NCBI GenBank assembly: GCA_021613535.1
Contig: CP075494.1
Location: 10,106,001 to 10,170,000 of the forward strand
DNA from: Adineta vaga
Taxonomy: Eukaryota > Animalia > Rotifera
DNA length: 64,000 nucleotides
Direction: 5' to 3'
The notes beneath the pieces are model-generated. The model was not told where the DNA came from and ran no database searches. It saw nothing but the letters and a program-made list of their open reading frames with translations. Below are positions 11,901 through 26,788 of this stretch, one piece after another (within the stretch, counting starts at the first letter, position 1; every line of letters starts with the position of its first letter). A program made the position numbers and the translations under genes.

Positions 11901-14900
11901 CTCAGTAGAATTACAAATATTTTTCTCATCAGCTGAACGTCGTACTGCGTAAGTAGAAATATAAATAGAAAGTATTTGATCAAATATTTGTTTGTTTCTT
12001 TTTCAATAAAGATTCAACGAAAAAATGTCGAAATATCGAGTTCAAACAAATATTCCTGAAGTGGAAACGAAGTTTGATGTAAGTAATTCCATCAAATTGC
12101 TTTTAAAATACAGTCATAGATTTTTCGTCTTACCTCGAAGCTTACTAACTGTTAATTGTTGTGAATTGTCTGATCTGTAATATACGGCTTGAAATGAATA
12201 TGAATTTCAATTTTAGTTTGTTTTCGATCGTGATCCACATGAACAACGAACAGCACTTGGCCAAGGAACTTATGGAAAAGTTTATGTTGCACACGATCGT
12301 TTTACATGGAAAAAATTTGCAGTTAAAGAAATTCCAATGCGTAATCCAGTATATACTGATGTGCTCGAAAATGAAATCAAAATCTTATCAACACTTAGTC
12401 ATAAGAATAGTTCGTTGTGTTACTTTGAATTTTCAAAGAAAAATTAATGAATATGATATTTTTTATTTAGTTGTAACATACTATGGTTCGGCAATTGATC
12501 GTTCAAAAAAACAACCGGTTTTTCAAATTATTATGGAATATGTCGATGGGTTAGTTCACTGGCAATAAAATGAGGAGAAAAATTAACTTGAATTTTTTCA
12601 ATCTTCTAGAGGTAGTCTGTCGCAACATCTTTCAAAATTTGGACAATTTCACGAAACTGTTATCAGAAATTATACAAGACAACTGTTGGAAGGTTTACAA
12701 TATCTTCATGAAAATCACATTTTACATCGAGATATAAAATCAGCAAATATTCTTGTTAATTCAAGAGGGTAAAATATATGTTTTACGTTGTTTTCATTTT
12801 AATTGACGTCTATTGTTCAATCTGATAGAGAAATCAAAATCGCCGATTTTGGTACATCGAAACGTCTTGCTGGACTTCAACTTTGTACAGAAGATAGTGT
12901 TGGTAAGACATAATCTATTTAAAAATATATACAGTGACAAAAAAAAAGTTTATTATTATTAGGTACACTTCAATATATGAGTCCGGATGTCGTGCTTGTA
13001 CCACCAATGGGTTATGGACCTGAAGTATGAGATTTAAATTAGTTGAATAACATTTTATTTTTCTCTATATTTAGGTTGATATTTGGAGTGTAGGATGTAC
13101 AGTGATTGAAATGGCTACTGGTAAAATGCCATTTCATAAGGGTAAGACGAATAAATCATCGATCGTTCATATTTTGTTTTCATTTATTTAGTGCTCAATA
13201 CGGGTGCATTGTTACTTAAACTTGGTAGTGAAAGGCAACCACCAGATATTCCACCAGAATTATCTGATATGATAAAAGATTTTCTTTCAAAGTTAGTATA
13301 ATCTAAGATTTCTTCCTCCATTGAATTGTACTCTTCTAGATGTTTTGAACCAAATGATAAACGACCATCAGCAAAAGATCTATTAAATCATCCATTCTTC
13401 AAGTAAGTTATATTAACATACTGAACAAGCGAACTAAAGAAAAACAAATAGAAACAAAATTGATTATATTCCTAGAAAGTGTTATTTTCGAATATGAATA
13501 TGAATTTTCTCGATTTAGATTAAGACCTGTATTACCACGAGATAATTCTGGAAGTAAGTTTGAAGATTTTGTCACAAGAACTGAATTCTGATATGGATGA
13601 TTTTTTTGTCTAGAAAATGGCGGAGAAAAAGGACATGATAGGTACGAATTCTTCAATTATTGATTAAGAATGAAATGGTTTTATTCAATTTTTAGTGGTT
13701 TACATGTATCTGATTATTCTTTGCCATATCATCGAAGTTTCAGTGAAGAAGCTGGTGTACTTGAGTATGTTATTCGAAAATTTAATATTATAATTCGAGA
13801 CTATTTATTTTTAATAGACCAGCTAAAAGTCTTGAACCTCAAATTTCAATTGATGATCGTCGTCGATCTGAATTAATGAATATTCTACGTGATAATGATA
13901 GTCGAGAAGATGTAAGAAATATTCTATCATGATCGGTAGAAGTTGACAAACGAATTTCTTTTAGCTTCTTGGTCAATGGATGGATTTAATTGATGAGAAG
14001 AACGAAACAGAAGTTTTAACTATTGTAAATATTCTCTTCGTTTATATCTATCTTGTTCGATATCAATATTTTGTATGTATTTAGGATAGACTTCGAATAT
14101 TATTGTCGGGTATTTGCGAATATTTAGAAGATTTAAATGAACATTCATTACAACTTGCACTCGGTAGACAACGCAAAATTTTGTTTTTTTAATATAATGA
14201 CGAAAGTCTATTTCTTCTTTGTAGAACAAATCTGTGATAATTCAAAATTGGATAGTGATTCAAGAACTGATCTCGAACGTTCATTTTATCTTTTTATTAA
14301 AGCGGTAAGTTCTTTTTCGAAGATAAAAATAAATTTAGAAGAAGCATAGTAATCATATTGTTGATATGAATTTATTCTATTTAGACTAATACTGTTCTTT
14401 CATCGAAAAATGGTCTCCCTCCTCATGTTTTATTTGCTCTCGATAATGTTATTCGTCGTGTTGCTGAATTTCTCGTCGGCTTTATTCGACCAGGTAATCA
14501 ATAATATATTCTGCTAAAACAAATACATGATTTTCTTTCTTTGGAAAAAATAGATTTTGTTCCTGCAATTAGTACTATCACACCTATGACACCCAATGAT
14601 TCGTCGTCAATGAGTTCAACGAATGTTCGATCACCATTATTTTCAGGTATTAATGAAGGAAATAGTGAAGAAGTTACCCGATTACATCAGCAATATCTCA
14701 AACTTGTTCAAACAAATCGAGAGTAAGAGAATAAAGAATTATTCTTTTCGAAAAAAAAACTCTCTGTCTTCTCTTTTTTAAAGTCAACTCAATCAATTGA
14801 TCAACATTGAAAATAATAATAACGTTAAACTAACTCAATTATTAAGCAATCACCAAGATGCCAATTCATCAAGGTAAATTCTTTCGTTCGTATTTCATAT

Positions 14901-15545
14901 ATCAGAGAAGAAAAAGTGACTCATTCAAATGTTTAATTTCTTTGTTAATCTTCTTCTTCTACACATACTTCCGTAGTTCTTCAATATTTCGACGTATATT
15001 TGATATCATATTCCGTACAATCAGGTTAGCTATTTTATATGTAAATATATCTAGAGTAATGCACGATTTTGAATGCATCTTTCTTGTTGATCTTTGCTTT
15101 AACAGATTCTCTACTGCGTTTTTTGTTCTTATCTAATTAACTAATGATAAATGATTATTTATTTTTTGATTTTAGTAAAACAGTTGGATTATTTCTACCA
15201 ACAGAAATATCACCAGGAAATGAAAATACGGTAAATAATACTTTAACTTTAAGTATCGAATCATGCATCAGATATGTTTTTTTTCTTCTTTCTAAAGAAC
15301 ATAGAATCATCGACTGTACCAATTCCAGAAGAACAAAAGTTATCAACTCATTTAACACCTATGGCAGCAATATCTAGACAAACAACGTAATTTTCATTTT
15401 TGTTTTTCGAACTGTAAAGAATTGCCTTAATTTTAGACGAGCACGGACATTTGTTACTATTGAACAAGAACACGATCAATTGATCAAATCTCTTCTTGAC
15501 AATCGAGCTCGATTTAATCAACTATTGAATTCTTCGAATATTTGA
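8908..15545 (+). CDS. ASK1: ASK1/MAP3K5/15-family kinase (TPR region, PH, kinase, C-terminal coiled coil), >20 exons
   Basis: [75 protein letters not shown] and [16 protein letters not shown]. Confidence 0.92.
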
Positions 15546-16205
15546 CAACACATATCAGTGACTTATCGTCATCTTCTTCTTTCGTAGCATTAGTAGATTC
15601 ATACTCATAATTATTATTTTTTCCTATTCGATTCATTTGTTCTATTTTTTCAAATCGAATTATTCTTTCTTGTTTGTGTAAGATCAAACTCTGACTTTAT
15701 TTTCATGTTAATAATCTGGCAAACTCTTTTGTGCTATGGTTCACAATTGTTTCTTTTTTCTATTCACATTTTATTACTATTATTTTCTCTCAATTCTCAT
15801 CTGTGCGTATGTGTGTGAATCTTGTATAATCAGTTGTTCTTGGCGATTAATAACATTCAGTTAAAAAGTTCACTAGAATATTCGATAACATAGATGTTTA
15901 TCCTAATTTTTGAATAATAACAAATATGTTTTTCTGAAACGGAATAGTTTGGCAAGGTTCATCTTAGAAGTGAATGTTTATGATAAATGTTTTATTTTAT
16001 TTGAAAATGATCATAAATGTCCAAAGAGATCAAATAGCATAAAACACGATGCAATAAAAAGAAAAACAAAACAAAACCAACCAAGACATAATGTTTAATC
16101 ATCTCTATTAACCTAATCGAATAACAAGAGAAAGAACAACAAAAACGAAGAAGAAGAAGAAGAAGAAAGTATGTTTCATCCGGATATTCAAATCATTTTG
16201 TATAA

Positions 16206-18279
16206 TCAATAGTGATTTAAAATCGACGTTATACGTGTATTAATGTCACGAAATTTATTGCGTATTAATTTTTCTTGTTCTAAATAAACGTCTTTTTGTA
16301 TTTTACCATTAACAAGCTTTTCAGCATGACCACTTAATGCTAATTGAACTTCACGTTGTTGTGCATCAAGTCTTTGTAATTCGTTAATCTACAAGTAAAA
16401 GAAATTCTCTTCATCATTCTAGAGAAAAAGAGATGTTCAATAGCAAACCTTTTCAGCTGCATCAGCGCTATCCATACGAAGTTTAGTTTGTAATTGTGTT
16501 AAATCTTGTTGAAGAGTTTTTAAATCATTTTCGATTTTTTTTCTTTGTTCATTATAATCTTTAAGAATTTTATTTGTTTTATATGAATTCAATGCGTCTT
16601 CTAATTTTTGATAAAAACCTGTTCGTTTGATATTATTATCCGTAATTTGGTCCCAAATAGCTTTAATACGAAGACGTGTTTCATTACTTTCATTATGTGT
16701 AATCGAAAAATTCAAGCGAACTAATATAATAACCAGACAAAATAAACCAAATAATGGAATAACAATTAACATTGGTTCATGTAATAACATAATCTTATCA
16801 AATGTATAATGAATTTCAAAATCTTGAATATGTTGAAATAACATATTACGTTTGGTAAGAACAACAACTGGACGACCAACTGTATCCAAATATGTATAAT
16901 GTTTTTCATCCGATAAACGTTGAACATCATAAGGTGGAGGATAGAATTCAATATTACGAGCATGTTCAGGAAGAACAATTTTTACAGTTACTTGTTCAAG
17001 TAATTGTTCATCATAAACATGATCAATCAAACGCATTTTTAAAACATATTGATTTCCTCTATAAACACAAGTTTAATGAAATATTGAAATTTAGTTTCTT
17101 CGAATCTTACTTGTTATAAAGATATTGATACGATGGAACATTATAACCAAGAATATAATGAGTTTTCCAACCGCCATATAATGGAAAACGTGGACGAATT
17201 TCCACTTCAACTTGATCTTGCATTTCACGAACATGACTAGTTGAAACATTACCAATTTCATCACGATAGTAAATATCACGTGCCGATGCTGGTAAAGATG
17301 TCTAAATAAATCAGAAGCATAAACTATTTCGAATGAATATTCTTGCTCTTACTTTGAATGTTTTCACAGCGGAAAAACTATCTTGTCGTCGTTGAAAATC
17401 GAGACGTGAAAAAGATCCTTTTAATTTTGCTCCACTATGATAGATATCAATTGTTTCTTCAACAGCAATATTTCCCCAATGTGATATTTCAATCCAACGT
17501 TTTAAATTACTAACAGTTAAAAATGGATTATTATTTTCAAAATGTAATGATAACTCATTGCTTGTTGATGCAGCGATATTTTCATATGGACCATAGGTGA
17601 TGGTTTGTTCACTTTTAACAACAGGTTTTGGTGTTTGACTGTAGGATTCCGCACGATCTGTTGGTAATGTAACGACAGTTTTTTGTGTTGTAGTTGGATA
17701 ACGTGAATAATAATAAGTATTTGTTTTATAAAGCACTAATTGTTTTTCGCCTTGTGTAATTTCAGCTGGATACATACGAAGAGCATTGGCATAAACGACT
17801 TCAATTTCGAGTGTAATTGTTTGACCAGCACGGAGGTCATTAGGTAATTCAATACGATAGATTGTTCCTCTAGAAATAGAGAAGATTAAGAACCGATGAC
17901 AAGGGTTATTCGATTGAAATTTACTTTGTTTTATCAGCAGGTTGCTTTTTTATTGCTAAACTAGCTTGGTCATCATTATTTTTACCTTTAACCTAGATTG
18001 AAATCTTAAATGAAATTCTTTTCTCAAAAAAAAAGCAAAAAAACTTACAACAGCTCCAACAAAAGCAACATTATTTCCTTGTTGTGGTTCAACTAAATAA
18101 TCATAATTGCGTGTTGCTTTCGTTCCTCGATTTTCAATTGTTACACTTATTGTTTCTTTTGGTAAATGTGAAACGAGATCAAGAGTTCGGTCAACATTAG
18201 TATTAACTAAATTATCTTGATCTTGTCCAACAACAAAACCAATTGTTAGAAATAGATAAATGAATGAAAATCGTATCAT
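16206..18279 (-). CDS. RPN1: Ribophorin I (oligosaccharyltransferase subunit 1)
   Basis: Signal peptide, [60 protein letters not shown] and a C-terminal TM plus coiled coil. Confidence 0.96.
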
Positions 18280-18717
18280 CTAAAAAGCGAAAAAAAGATC
18301 TTCTTTTTCTTTCAATAGATTGGTAAAATTCAATTTAACTAGTAATCCTCTGTCTGTCTACATGTATGTGGTGTGGTGGCGAGTACGAGTAAATGGTGAC
18401 AGCGCGTCGGAAGAGGGAAAGTGGTACTGTTGGACCAATAAGAAATAACTTCGTAACCTCGTTTTATCGTATTATTTAAATAAAATTTAATCTTAATTAT
18501 TAAAGATAATCATTAATGATTTTATACTATACAGATATGGAATTATTGAGAACATACAAAGTGCATAAGTGCATAAAGAATGTCCAAATGCATTGCAATA
18601 TCGCTAGATGATCAATTCATAAGGAAAGGAAAGGAAAGGAAAGGAGTTTTATAAATATAGCTTTTTGTTATTTTATTCAAATAAAGTAAAATAAATTATC
18701 ATCTGTAGCTGCTGTAT

Positions 18718-19227
18718 TCATGATGAGTTACGATTATCATTTGTAATAAATGATGTTGATTCATAATTTTTATGCATAGTATCACTTGTTTGTCGATATT
18801 TTGGTAAAACAGTAAACGAATTTGGTGCTGTAATCATTTCACTCGATGTATTTTCTACAGCTTCAAAATTCGATGATGATAGAGTCATTGGTACCGTTTG
18901 ACTTCGTGATAGATATATAGTTCTTGACTTATTGGGTACTATCGAATTATCTTCAAGAATTTCATTTGTTTGAGATGTTCTTGATGGTACTTGCATTTCT
19001 AATAGATTTGTTAAATTTTGTTCCTGTCGTTCTTGACATGTTTCAATGATTTGTAAAATAATAATTACTAAAATTGTTCCCATATAAAATACAAATATAC
19101 TTATTGCAATATAAACTAATGAGAAATGTTCAGGATGATTTTCAGCTTCAGTCACACAAAAAACAGCAACACCAGCAAGAATAAGATTAAACAATCCAAT
19201 ACCATAAACTAATTGTTGTGCAAGCAT
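18718..19227 (-). CDS. Uncharacterised 169-aa protein with two N-terminal TM helices and a Ser/Thr-rich tail
   Basis: ATG-initiated 510-bp ORF in AT-rich DNA with two hydrophobic segments. No family recognised. Confidence 0.6.
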   Translation of the reverse strand: MLAQQLVYGIGLFNLILAGVAVFCVTEAENHPEHFSLVYIAISIFVFYMGTILVIIILQIIETCQERQEQNLTNLLEMQVPSRTSQTNEILEDNSIVPNKSRTIYLSRSQTVPMTLSSSNFEAVENTSSEMITAPNSFTVLPKYRQTSDTMHKNYESTSFITNDNRNSS

Positions 19228-20263
19228 TCCTTCTCCTTATCTAATAGGATACGCTAAGAATAAGTCTTTGTCATTTGGAAAAGATAGTTTTTATATTCAT
19301 ATTAGTTGATATATGAGCTGATGAAAGTTCGTAACAGATGTTCTTCAGCCATGGTCGGTCGTTTTCTTTCTATCTTTCTTTCTTTTTCGTTCTAGCTATC
19401 TTATGAACATGTCAACTATTCATTAGATATGAAATATTCATATCTTTCCAGAGAATTTACAGATTATTGTTTACTCATGATTAAATCATTCAATAATCGA
19501 TCTTTATTCGAAAAAAAACAACGTTACTATCAAACTATTGATTTGCTATTAAAGAAAGAAAAACAGATGCGTTCGTTCCGAATTGTTAAAATCTATTCAT
19601 ACAGCGACTTGGCCTCAAGAAGTTCTACATGTCTATTCTAGTCGATAGAAATTTGATCTTTTCTTTTCTTTATCATTATTGATGGTTCGATTCACATAGA
19701 TGCATTTATGTAATACGTTGAATTTACGGTATTCGAGTGTATTTACTAAAAGTTGTTCGGAAAAATGACGTGACATTTGATGAGATCATTGCTACTAAAT
19801 TTCGTAGAAAAAGAAGTAGAAGAAATAAAGAGCATTTCTTTCTTTATTATTCTAAGAAAGATTCAATAGTAATATTGATGATAAATATCATTCGCGCTTC
19901 TTTAATTACATTGCACTTCTTATTATAACTTCAATAAAGCATCCAGACACCCTCAAAAATAGAATGCAATGCACATGTGTGTGTGTGTGTTCGATGCCAA
20001 TTATCAACTCATCATATCTTTGTACAATATACACACATACAAAAAAGTATTCCTCCAGAAAAAGAACACTAAATTGCTTAATAGAAGCGCAAGGTTTAGT
20101 TGTAATTGACACCAATCATTCTATATATACAAACACAATTACATTCGAAACTAAAACAAGAGAATCATAGATCAAATTAGAACGACGACGACGACGAGCA
20201 CTATCCTATTATTAGTGTTTACATCACATTTTTATTGTTAGAAGAAGAAAAAGAATCGATGAA

Positions 20264-23200
20264 ATGAAGTTCCGGCAATTAACTTTGATGATTAACATAC
20301 TATTTAGTATGATATATGATACAAAACAAAAGTCCATCAGACAGGTAAAATACCATCGAATTCTTATTGTTATTCAAATTTGACAAGGATACAAATGTCT
20401 TTACAACTACAAACGAAGAAAAGAAAAGAAAAGAAAAGAATATACGACTATAATCATAACATTCGACAGATTAAAGTCAGCTGCTTATCTCTCTGTCCTT
20501 TTCTTTTCCAAGACAATTTATAGAAACAAATGATTTTTCAAGGTTAACATTATTATCTCATATATATTTGAATTATATTAAGATTGAAACAACAAGTGAA
20601 TCGATTATAATTTCATCGACTTTCCAAGATAAAATGCAGGTAGAAATCATGGAAGAATCTTCTTTCACCTGACTTGAGTTTTCTAATTTTAGAAATATAT
20701 TCAAGCCGCTAAATCAAAACTTGATGTATGTATATATTAACATTCTTTACATGAGATATATCAGAAACATGTAATAGATTATTAAATAAACTTTTTGTTA
20801 ATTGAGAATGTTCTACTCGTCAGAAATAATAACGAAACGAGGTATCTTTTTCCCGTTTATTCATGTATAACTCATTAGGAGATGACATATGTGGAAAAAA
20901 AACAGCAGAAGATTGTCGCAGAGATAGACTAATGGTTAAACAGCTGCATTACAGTTTTCTTTTCTTCAGTCTTGTCTTATTAGGAAGAAACACATTATTG
21001 GTATGTGTATGTTTTTCGAGACTTAATCAAGATAGAGAAAATGATATCATCTTGGTTGATTTTTGTTCTTCTTCGTTTTGAAGATGTAAGTAAATTAGAA
21101 CAGACTAATTTAGATGAACTATATCGAATCAAAATCATCGATTCTTTTACTTAGCGGCCTCTTGATTAGAATATTTAGTAGGTTGATCTGTTATCCAGTT
21201 AATATTAGTTCTTTGTTTTTCCTCCAAGAAAAAAGAAACAATCTTCTTCGTCTCGTCTCGTCTTATATTATTTTTAGGCGATGAAATCAGGAAATATGAC
21301 TAGTAATAGTACATTTCCAAATAAAGTAAGTTTGAATTGACGAGATAATTATGAATATTAACAAATGAATATATTCCGTATTAGAATGTGAATACACCGC
21401 CGAATAAACTTTTCCGTGAATATTTACGTTGTCGTCAATTAAGTTCTCTCAATAGTTTACCTTGTAAGTCATTCGATACATATTTCATATGCATTGATTG
21501 ATGTTTTCATTTCATAGCTCCATATGCATGTCCATATGATTATGAAGATGATATTCGTGTTTGTTGGAGAGCGACAATGAATGGGACAATAGCAAGAAGT
21601 AACATTGAATATGATCATGGACAAAATAATTTTTACGATGGTGTTCGTTATGGAATTGAAAATTGTTTGATATTATATCTTTTACTGAACAGTTGAGAAA
21701 GATTTTTCTGTTATTTAGGTACTTTAGAACGTCTATGTTTGAGTAATGGTACATGGGATATGACTTTATCACCAGATATTCAATGTAAAACTTGTATTGG
21801 TGATGGTCGCCCAGTGAAAGTATATAATTTCAATTGAACTACTTTTCAATCAATTGTTTTTGTTATTGTTTAATTTTAGTTTAATTCAATTAGTATTATG
21901 ATAGAGACAATGAGTTTAAGTTTATCCCTTCTATCATTAACCATTGCTGTGTTATGCATGATGAATGTCAAGTATGTTTCATATTTTTATGTAAAAGTAT
22001 TTCGCTTAAAACTTTCTGACTTGAATCAACGTCCTCCTCATCAATTCTTTCAACAACCTAAATATCATTTTATTGTTATACCTCGTCATACACCGCTTCT
22101 ATGCAAATATTTCCTCTTATTTAGACGACTGCATTTACCCCGTAACCTGCTTCATATGCATCTTTTCGTTGCGTTTATTTTTCGTTCAATTGTCAAAATC
22201 GTTTTTATTCATTTAATTGTTGGTGGATATACACGTTCAATGATATCATATACACAAGATAAATGTGGAAATATTGAAATTTTATCGAAATCATCGAGTT
22301 TATTTCATGTAAGTATTCGATGATGGTTGAGAAAAGATTTGACGACATTTCTTTAGATTAATGGTTGTCGTGTATTATCTTCTTTATTTTGGTATACCGA
22401 TGCTGTTTCTCAAACATTTATATTTTGTGAAGCCATGTTTTTATTTACTGCTTTAACTAGTCATTTATTTCGTGATCGTGGATGTTTACCATTTGTTCTT
22501 TGGGGTTGGTTAAGTCCATTAGTTTGGTTAGCAATGTGGATTGCTTCACATTTATTAACAGATCGAGTAAAAGAACGTTCAACATGTTGGTTAGAAGCAG
22601 ATAATACAACATATTTTTATTATTTTTTCTATGTACCATATGCTTTTTATTTACTTGTTAATTTCGGAATATTTCTCTATCTTGTTCGATTACTCTATTC
22701 AAAATATCAATCAAATAATATTCAAACTAATCGAACAGGAAATCGGTACATATAACAAGTAGTTTTAGTTCTAATCTTCTATTGTTTTCTCTCATTTAGA
22801 CATTTAATTAAATCAATCTTAATCTTAATTCCTTTATTTGGTCTACATTCATTATTTGTTATTTGGGTTTTTTATCATAAAAATCAAGGACATACGATTT
22901 GGTATTATATGACTGTTATTTTCAAAGCAGTTTTCGGTGATTTACAGGTAAAGTAACGAATCACTTACGTTTATCCTTTTTTCACGATATTTTTCAGGGT
23001 TTTTTTACATCATTAATCTATTTTTATTTCAATACGGAAATTCGCTATGAAGTTCTTCGACAAGTTCAACGAACCATCCTCAATAATGATCCAATTCAAC
23101 GAAGTTCAACAGGTGAAACGTTATCAACAAGATTATCAACATTTCGTCGATCAATTAATCGACATCGTCAGTCATCATTACAAACTCGTCAACAAGAACG

Positions 23201-23663
23201 ACGACGGACAACGAAACCATCACATAATATATGGAAAAAGAAATCTCTTACATTTCTTTGTCCTTGTTTTCATCGAAATTTTCCAACGAAAAAAATCATT
23301 TCTGAACAAGCTCCTTTACATCAACAACAAACAATGGAACCCAATCATTTAAATGATACATTACCAGCTGTTGTACCTGATTTAATAATCGATGATGATT
23401 TAGGAGGACTTTCCTCTCCATTAGTTCGTATTAAAAATAACATTGAAAATGATTATATGACATGTGATACAATGTTAATGAAAAATGATCATGAATTATC
23501 AACTGATGAAAATGAAGTTACTATTCATCGCACATCAGTTTCAATTGAAACAAAAAGCAATATTCAACTGAATACATTACAACGAATGCGATCAAATAGT
23601 GAAGGAAATTTAGATAAGAATTCATCATTAAAATCTTCTTCTGATAACAAGTCATTAAAATGA
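20264..23663 (+). CDS. Class B (secretin-family; calcitonin/PTH/CRF-like) GPCR
   Basis: Hormone-binding domain CPYDYEDDIRVCW...RLCLSNGTW; TM2 RNLLHMHLFVAFIFR; CEAMFLFT; WGWLSP; CW; LIKSILILIPLFGLH; QGFFTSLIYFYFNTEIR. Putative signal-peptide exon at 20264 splices in frame via 20583-20639 and 20693-20725 to 21278. Confidence 0.88.
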
Positions 23664-23829
23664 ACACACAAGCAGTGTTTTTTATTATTATGATATTTGT
23701 ACAGTACAAGTTTCTTTTTTAACATTCCTCTATTGTTTTTTTTTATGATTGACAAAACGAAAAGTCGGAAAGATAGAGAATAAAAGTTTTTTTTTCTTTA
23801 AACCAAAACAGAATGATCTTCTGACGAAA

Positions 23830-26708
23830 TCATTTATCTAATTCACGTTCATAATTTATATTATCTTCACTGATTTGTTCAATTAAACTTTGACGAATAT
23901 GTATCTGTCTAGAATCTTCCGTCTGTTGTGAATCTATTCGTTGATAAAAAAGAACATAAGGTGTTGCCGATGTATATTGAGCACAATTATCCATCATTGC
24001 TTCATAAGATGATGATGTAACAAGATCATCATTCAATAAAAACCATTCACCATTCTGTTCAACACATTCAATTGTAAATGATTTCATATCTCTTGCATAA
24101 ACATAATAATGTCCACCATGAAGTGTATAACCTGTATGAATAATAAGAAGAATAAGACAATATTTCGTAAGAATAGAAACGTTTCCAGATGGATAGACAT
24201 GAACATTGAGAAGTCTAGGATAATTTAGTTTGGTAAAAACTTTACGAAAGACATTGCTTTGTCGATCGTATTCAAAACGATTTAATGATAAGATTAAATA
24301 TTTCGGTGCTGTTTGAAGAATAGTTAAACGTTCAGCATTTTGTAGCGATCTTATTGATGAAATAAAAAATGATCGGAGAGAAAGAATAACAAACATACCG
24401 ACAATGTTCACATCGATATTGATTTTCATCTTTTAATTCTTCTTTTTGGAAATAACAATCAAAAACTGTTTGCAAATTCAAAGATTTCGATGTTTTATCG
24501 TACGAAACCATTGGTAAGGCATTTTCATTCGATGCAGCATAGAATTTCAGTCCATTTTTCATCACTGATATTGGTGTAATCGAATGATTCGAATTGAAAT
24601 TTTCATGAGAAGAATCCGATGTTGGAATAGGTAAAAATAGATAATTATTCGATTCTTCTTGATAAGATTCAATAGAACAACGTTGACAACGATTTATTTG
24701 ACAAGTACGAATTGTAAAGAGATGTTGAATTTCATTTGATGAAAGATTCTTTTCTTCATCTTTGATCGTATCAAGTAAATAACCTAATCATGAAAAAACA
24801 GGCAATCAGAATTCATCGTTTTTTTTTATAGCTAAAGCAATACCAAGAAATTCAGCACAATCTTGTTGTTCATTCATTGTAAACCATGTTGGTCGAGCAA
24901 TCTTTACCTACATTCATTATTTACATAGATATTTAAAAAAATCAATAGGAAATTACTAAATTAATTGCATTTATATACGGTCGTTTGGATAAATTAAGTT
25001 GTGCAAAAACAATTTGTAATTCTCTTAAAACGATTTGATTAGAAAATTCTTGTTCTAAGATATACTTTCGAAATAAATCACATTGATATAATGCTTGTAA
25101 AATCGAATTGACATAACATGTATTTCCTAAATTAATAATTCCAACTCGATTTTTAATCTTTCGATCGTTTTCAATTGTAAGTGAATGTAATCTTGCATGA
25201 ACATTTTTATGATTAAGTAAAACATTTAAATCTGGTTGTGGAACACTATAAATAATTTGTTTTAAAATCATTTCATTCGATATATCATATTCAGGATGAA
25301 GAACAATTCCCATATGACATAATTCAATTAGTTTCATTTTTAAATCTTCATTTGAATTATTTTGTAATGTTTCGAAAAGTTTTGGTAGATGATCAAGAAT
25401 TAAACGAAAAGTTCCAAGACGTTTATCATAACGAACAAACCAAAAGAGAATTTGACAAGCATTATCAACAGTTCGAGAAGAAAATAGATCATCAATTAAT
25501 AATGATGTAGTTTCATCGATGATTTTTAATACATAATCATGATGATTAAAACTAATTAATGTCATACAAAAACCAGCAATCCATGTTTCATAGGAGATAT
25601 ATTGAGAGTATTCAACAGGAGCATCGATTAATTCAATTAATGATTTAATTATTCGTGCTAGACGTTCGCCAGTAAGACGATCATCTGAATACATGTTTTT
25701 AATAATTAAATCAATTGCATCGAGTTGAATACGAGGAAAGAGACAAAATATTGCAGGACTAAATGTTGTTTTAGTTGTAGATTGAACCGTAGATAGAACT
25801 TCGAAAAGATATTCAATTGATCGAGATTGAATAGGTGTTATTCGATCTAAACTAAAATATGAACAGAGTAATGATTTGAATATCTATTGAACTTACGTGT
25901 CATTTATGGAATAATCTGTCGAAAGATTTTGTTCCCATACGAAACCGATCGCTTTTGAAATAGTATCAGTTAATATAAGATCATGTTTAAGATCAATTGA
26001 ATTTTTCGAATTTACTTGATGATGAATCAATGTATTAATAGCATAAAGTGAATAATCAATAGCATCTTTTTGATTTTTGAAAATGAATTCGTTTGATACG
26101 AGATATTTTCTCGAATTTTCATAGAATTCATTAATTAATGCAGAAAATATTGCAAACCATTCGATATCATTTGGTATTACATGTAGATATCGAAGACAAT
26201 AACTCTCCAGAACAAAACGATAGAATTCTAAACCTAATGTTGAAATTAAATTCGATGGACATGAGGAATACAACATTTTGATATATCTAAACATATTATA
26301 AAGAATTTGTTGTAGAAGAATAAGAACAAACCGTATAATATGGATAGATTTTTTATTTGTCGAATTGAATAATAATTGAAATTGTATCTGATTATGTAAA
26401 AGAATTTCATAAAAAGTTTCACTTTTACTTAATGTATTGATAATTAATACGAAAAAACTTTCATTGATACTTTTTTCTGCAAGCAATTGTTCCAGATATT
26501 CAATGATAAGAAAACCTTGTTTATTTTGATGATTTACATTTGATAGAAATTGTAATTTCGTCCATAAATGATGAAGTTTTTCACGAATTAAATGGAGTTT
26601 CTCCGGCGATATTTCGTATTGTTCGTAATCCGTATGAATTCGTTTGATGATATTTATTAAGGAGAGATCATTTTCGATTGAAGTTGTGATTCGAGAAGAC
26701 ACGAACAT
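23830..26708 (-). CDS. Ubiquitin carboxyl-terminal hydrolase (USP35/USP38-like, peptidase C19)
   Basis: Cys box GIINLGNTCYVNSILQALY, QQDCAEFL, YRCEHC, PKYLILSLNRF and His box HTGYTLHGGHYY...WFLLNDD...TPYVLFY, preceded by a long helical N-terminus. Confidence 0.9.
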
Positions 26709-26788
26709 ATTTCGATTGGTTATTAATCATTGTATTTTCTTATTAAAGCGCGAATGAAAATTTTTTGAAGTTATATTTTGTTTTTATT

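Noticed and set aside
16148-20440. Short microsatellites: (GAA)n near 16148, (GGAAA)n near 18622, (GAAAA)n near 20418
   Set aside because: Ordinary short simple repeats in UTR, intronic or intergenic DNA.
20264-23663. GPCR as the receptor for either neighbouring neuropeptide
   Set aside because: It is class B, whereas CCAP and PRXamide receptors are class A.
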